DNA of 64,000 bases from assembly GCF_055900595.2 (NCBI RefSeq), contig NZ_CM148325.1; one strand, written 5' to 3'. Within the stretch, counting starts at the first letter, position 1, and each line of letters begins with the position of its first letter. Under the pieces are notes generated by a model. The model worked only from the letters and a program-made list of their open reading frames with translations. It was not told the origin of the DNA and did no database searches. The position numbers were made by a program, and so were the translations under genes. Positions 60,280 through 64,000 of the stretch are shown here, one piece after another.

Positions 60280-61407
60280 TTGAATTACCAAATGATTACC
60301 ACGGACGATGCGCTGGCTTCTTTGTGTGAAGCCGTCCGTGCCTTTCCGGCGATAGCCCTGGATACTGAATTTGTTCGTACGCGCACCTATTACCCGCAGC
60401 TGGGTCTAATTCAACTTTTTGATGGTGAGCATCTGGCGCTAATTGATCCTCTCGGGATCTCCGACTGGTCACCGCTGAAAGCGATACTGCGCGATCAGTC
60501 CATCACAAAATTTCTCCATGCGGGCAGTGAAGATCTGGAAGTGTTCCTCAATGTCTTTGGCGAATTACCACAACCCTTGATTGACACGCAAATCCTTGCT
60601 GCCTTCTGCGGACGCCCGATGTCATGGGGTTTCGCTTCCATGGTGGAAGAGTATTCCGGCGTTACGCTGGACAAGAGTGAATCGCGCACCGACTGGCTGG
60701 CCAGACCGCTGACCGAACGTCAGTGTGAATACGCAGCGGCGGATGTCTGGTATCTGTTACCGATCACCGCAAAGCTTATGGTAGAAACGGAGGCCTCCGG
60801 CTGGCTACCTGCGGCGCTGGATGAATGCCGCCTGATGCAAATGCGTCGTCAGGAAGTCGTTGCACCGGAAGATGCCTGGCGTGATATCACCAATGCCTGG
60901 CAGTTACGCACACGCCAACTGGCCTGTCTGCAACTGTTAGCCGACTGGCGACTGCGCAAGGCGCGGGAGCGCGATCTGGCGGTGAACTTTGTCGTGCGTG
61001 AAGAGCATTTGTGGTCGGTAGCGCGTTATATGCCGGGAAGTTTAGGCGAACTGGACAGCCTGGGCTTATCCGGTAGCGAAATCCGCTTTCACGGTAAAAC
61101 GCTGCTGGCGCTGGTGGAAAAAGCGCAGACATTGCCGGAAGAGGCCTTACCGCAGCCGATGCTTAACCTGATGGACATGCCGGGTTATCGTAAAGCGTTT
61201 AAAGCGATTAAGTCGCTGATTACTGACGTGAGCGAAACACACAAGATCAGCGCCGAATTGCTGGCATCGCGTCGGCAAATCAACCAGCTGCTGAACTGGC
61301 ACTGGAAACTGAAACCGCAGAACAATTTGCCGGAGCTGATTTCCGGCTGGCGTGGTGAGCTGATGGCGGAAGCATTACACAATTTATTGCAGGAATATCC
61401 ACAGTAA
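60280..61407 (+). CDS. rnd: ribonuclease D (TTG start)
   Basis: 375-aa ORF MNYQMITTDDALASLCEAV... with DEDDy exonuclease and HRDC domains. Confidence 0.93.
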   Translation: MNYQMITTDDALASLCEAVRAFPAIALDTEFVRTRTYYPQLGLIQLFDGEHLALIDPLGISDWSPLKAILRDQSITKFLHAGSEDLEVFLNVFGELPQPLIDTQILAAFCGRPMSWGFASMVEEYSGVTLDKSESRTDWLARPLTERQCEYAAADVWYLLPITAKLMVETEASGWLPAALDECRLMQMRRQEVVAPEDAWRDITNAWQLRTRQLACLQLLADWRLRKARERDLAVNFVVREEHLWSVARYMPGSLGELDSLGLSGSEIRFHGKTLLALVEKAQTLPEEALPQPMLNLMDMPGYRKAFKAIKSLITDVSETHKISAELLASRRQINQLLNWHWKLKPQNNLPELISGWRGELMAEALHNLLQEYPQ

Positions 61408-61411
61408 AATC

Positions 61412-61458
61412 TTCCGAAGCCGGACTGGGCGCGCTCAGCGCCACATCCGGCTTCGGCA
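61412..61458. terminator. inverted repeat between convergent rnd and yeaX (putative bidirectional terminator)
   Basis: CCGAAGCCGGA...TCCGGCTTCGG with GC-rich palindromic interior; no strong T-run. Confidence 0.4.
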
Positions 61459-61460
61459 AA

Positions 61461-62426
61461 CTACAAATCCAACACCAGGCGTTTACCCTTCGCGCGTGAA
61501 CAACAGATCAACATACTTTGCTGGCTGGCACGCTCTTCATCGCTAAAATACTGATCCCGATGGTCAGCTTCACCTTCCAGTATTGCCGTTTCGCAGGTTC
61601 CGCATACCCCTTCACGACATAAACATTCCACTTTAGCTGCTTTACTATTTTCAATAACCTGCAAAATAGTCATCTCTTCCGGCACCACAAACTCTTTTCC
61701 GGAACGGGCAAGCACCAGCGTAAATGCATCGCCGGTTTTGTCTTCGATAGCAAATTGCTCAAAGTGCAGCGTATCGGTGGCGATGTCCAGACGCGCAGCT
61801 TCACTTCTTACCGCCTCATTTAGCGCCTCGGGGCCACAGGTATAAACATGTGTGCCAGGTTCGATATCCGCCAATAATCGCGCTAATTCCAGTCGTGTTC
61901 CGGTTGATGAATGATGCAAATGGACTTTCTCGGCCTGCGGATGCTGGACTAGCTCATCACGAAATGCGCAACTTTCTGGATTTCGCGAGCAGTAATGTAA
62001 CTGCCAGTCGACGTCGCTGTATTGCAACTCTGCCATGTGCGACAGGAAAGGGGTGATACCAATACCGCCCGCGATAAACAGATGCTTTCTGGCCGAGGGA
62101 ATTAGCGCAAACAGATTATTAGGCGTCGAAATGGTCAACCGATCGCCTGCTTTCACCTGCTGATGCAAAAAGCGCGAACCACCGCGCGAGTTTTCTTCCA
62201 GCCGAACGGCAATCTGATAACGAGACGTATCGAGTGGCGAACTCAGCAGTGAGTACGCATTGCTGTACTGGTTATCACCATCGCTCATCTGCACAATGAT
62301 GTGACTTCCTCCAGTAAACGCAGGTAATGGTTTGCCATCGGTTGCCACCAGCGTGAAGCGTTTCACCTGTTCGGTAAGGGGGTCAACCTGACTCACCTGT
62401 ACTTCAAACATTTGGTAGTTTGACAT
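61461..62426 (-). CDS. yeaX: carnitine monooxygenase reductase subunit YeaX (FNR-like plus 2Fe-2S ferredoxin)
   Basis: 321-aa ORF. Confidence 0.9.
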   Translation of the reverse strand: MSNYQMFEVQVSQVDPLTEQVKRFTLVATDGKPLPAFTGGSHIIVQMSDGDNQYSNAYSLLSSPLDTSRYQIAVRLEENSRGGSRFLHQQVKAGDRLTISTPNNLFALIPSARKHLFIAGGIGITPFLSHMAELQYSDVDWQLHYCSRNPESCAFRDELVQHPQAEKVHLHHSSTGTRLELARLLADIEPGTHVYTCGPEALNEAVRSEAARLDIATDTLHFEQFAIEDKTGDAFTLVLARSGKEFVVPEEMTILQVIENSKAAKVECLCREGVCGTCETAILEGEADHRDQYFSDEERASQQSMLICCSRAKGKRLVLDL

Positions 62427-62481
62427 TGCTGTACTCCATCAAAAATCAGCCCAGCGGCGGAAAATACCGCCGCCGATGTCA

Positions 62482-63606
62482 TTAGTCCTTAAACACCTGC
62501 GCCAGCAGATTATGGAAATGGGCGATACCATGTTCGGAAATTCCGCTACCGCTACTGTCGGCCATGATGCGCCCCTGACCACGATAGCCACGCGATTTCA
62601 GCCCTTTCTGTACGCTTTCAACCAGACGTAAATCTTCCGGACGGAACACGTCGCGATACCACTCAATCAGTGATTTTTGCTCGTCGGTTAACTCTTCATT
62701 GGTGAAGTAAATATCGTAGTTTTGCAGGGTAGTTTCAGAATCCACCGGGAATTCATAAATGACCGTCATCATGCCTTTGAGCGGGGTGACGTTCAGCATC
62801 GTGCACGGCCACAGCCAGAAACCATGGAATGCCGCATCCGTGCCCTCTTCGAATTTGAAAGACTGTTCGGACGGTTTGGCGAAACCGTACTGTAGCGTCC
62901 AGTTACCGTGCATGGTGTGCCAGTAACGATCAACCTGAACGGAGTCGGAGAAACCTGGATGCGCCGGACCACAGTGATAGCACTCGAGATAGTTATCGAC
63001 AATGTTCTTCCAGTTGGCAGGCGTGCGGGTGGTAAAGCGAGCCGCCAGTTTCAGGTTGTGGACTTCCGGGCAGGCTTCCAGCACTTTCGCCCCCAGACCG
63101 GGTAACTGATCTTCTACGCTGGTGGCGTTGGGGTCCATGTTGATGAAGACGAATCCGGCATATTCTTCCAGACGTACTGGAACCAGTTGCGCTTTGTCGC
63201 TATCGAAATTGGCGACGTTTTCGCAGTTACGCGCATGGGCCAGGTTGCCATCGAGTTTGAATGCCCAGGCGTGATACGGGCAGGTAATCACATTTTTCGC
63301 TTTCCCTTCGCCGCTCAATAACTGATGACCACGGTGCGGGCAAACGTTATAGAACGCGCGCAAAACCTTATCACGACCGCGTACCAGCACGATGCTTTCG
63401 CCAATGATCTCACGCGTCACATAATCATTGGCATTCGCCAGTTCGCTGCTGTGAGCGACGCAAATCCAGCTTTTGGCGAAGACGTTCTCTTTTTCGTGTT
63501 CAAACGCGTTCTGATCGGTATAAAAACGGGCAGGAATGGTCCACGCCTCTTGTGGGTTAGCGCAAAAATTTTCGGGTAGTACAAAGTCAGGGCTCAGATT
63601 GCTCAT
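62482..63606 (-). CDS. yeaW: carnitine monooxygenase oxygenase subunit YeaW (Rieske); start at MSNLSPDFVL
   Basis: 374 aa with Rieske motifs CPHRGH and CPYHAW; the track ORF has a 40-codon extension. Confidence 0.9.
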   Translation of the reverse strand: MSNLSPDFVLPENFCANPQEAWTIPARFYTDQNAFEHEKENVFAKSWICVAHSSELANANDYVTREIIGESIVLVRGRDKVLRAFYNVCPHRGHQLLSGEGKAKNVITCPYHAWAFKLDGNLAHARNCENVANFDSDKAQLVPVRLEEYAGFVFINMDPNATSVEDQLPGLGAKVLEACPEVHNLKLAARFTTRTPANWKNIVDNYLECYHCGPAHPGFSDSVQVDRYWHTMHGNWTLQYGFAKPSEQSFKFEEGTDAAFHGFWLWPCTMLNVTPLKGMMTVIYEFPVDSETTLQNYDIYFTNEELTDEQKSLIEWYRDVFRPEDLRLVESVQKGLKSRGYRGQGRIMADSSGSGISEHGIAHFHNLLAQVFKD

Positions 63607-63637
63607 AGGGATACCTTTATCGTTAGGATGATGGCGT

Positions 63638-64000
63638 TCAGTTGTCGCCTTTGAATACGGTTCCAGCAGGAAGCACTGGCGCTTTTCCCGGGGCTTCAAC
63701 CGGTGTCTGCGGGAGATAATGTTCAACTTGATGAGCTGGAATGTCGGCGTAATCCTGTTTCAGCCAGCGAATAAATCCGCCGACTTTCACCAGTAAAATG
63801 GCGAGGAAGGGAAGGGCAGTGAGGACGACGGTAGTTTTCATTGTTTCCAGCGAAGCACCGGTAAACAAGATGGAAAGCGGGATCAGAGTGATCACTACGC
63901 ACCAGAACAGACGCAGCCCACGGTCAGGATCGTCACCTTCCTGGAGATTACGCGTGCTGGTCGCCGCCATGGTGTAAGCCACCGCATCCATATGCGAGGC
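63638..64000 (-). CDS. yeaV: BCCT-family transporter YeaV, C-terminal part only; gene continues past the window end
   Basis: Track ORF 63638-63991 reads as a transporter C-terminus; synteny with yeaW and yeaX. Confidence 0.7.
   Translation of the reverse strand, partial: ASHMDAVAYTMAATSTRNLQEGDDPDRGLRLFWCVVITLIPLSILFTGASLETMKTTVVLTALPFLAILLVKVGGFIRWLKQDYADIPAHQVEHYLPQTPVEAPGKAPVLPAGTVFKGDN

Overview
The window is a conserved enterobacterial (E. coli-like) chromosomal core segment running yebB, ruvAB, znuBCA, mepM, lpxM, pykA, hexR, zwf-edd-eda, purT, yebGFE, ptrB, exoX, holE, yobA-yebZ-yebY, the SdsR/RyeA sRNA locus, pphA, rsmF, letAB, msrC, proQ, prc, htpX, kdgR, mgrB, cspC, rlmA, mntP, manXYZ, yoaE, pdeD, sdaA, pabB, yoaA, tsaB, fadD, rnd, yeaXWV. 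It is in reverse orientation relative to the usual K-12 numbering. Gene calls rest on recognising the translated ORFs and on synteny; no database search was possible. The one clear accessory element is an AT-rich insertion of about 1.5 kb (roughly 603-2230) between the divergent core genes yebB and ruvA. It carries two co-directional ORFs with no counterpart I recognise: a 274-aa protein with a Sec signal peptide (696-1520) and a 189-aa multi-pass membrane protein with a Cys-containing loop (1558-2127), lying directly upstream of the LexA box of ruvAB. This two-gene module is the best candidate for an undescribed system (toxin/immunity or envelope-associated defence are hypotheses only). Secondary observations include yobB split by a 1-nt frameshift at or near a G7/C7 homopolymer, the Mn riboswitch in the mntP leader, Zur, LexA and PurR operators, small protein genes below the ORF-track cutoff (mgrB, yobF, yoaH), REP elements and several intrinsic terminators. 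No tRNA, rRNA, CRISPR array, IS element or integrase was seen.
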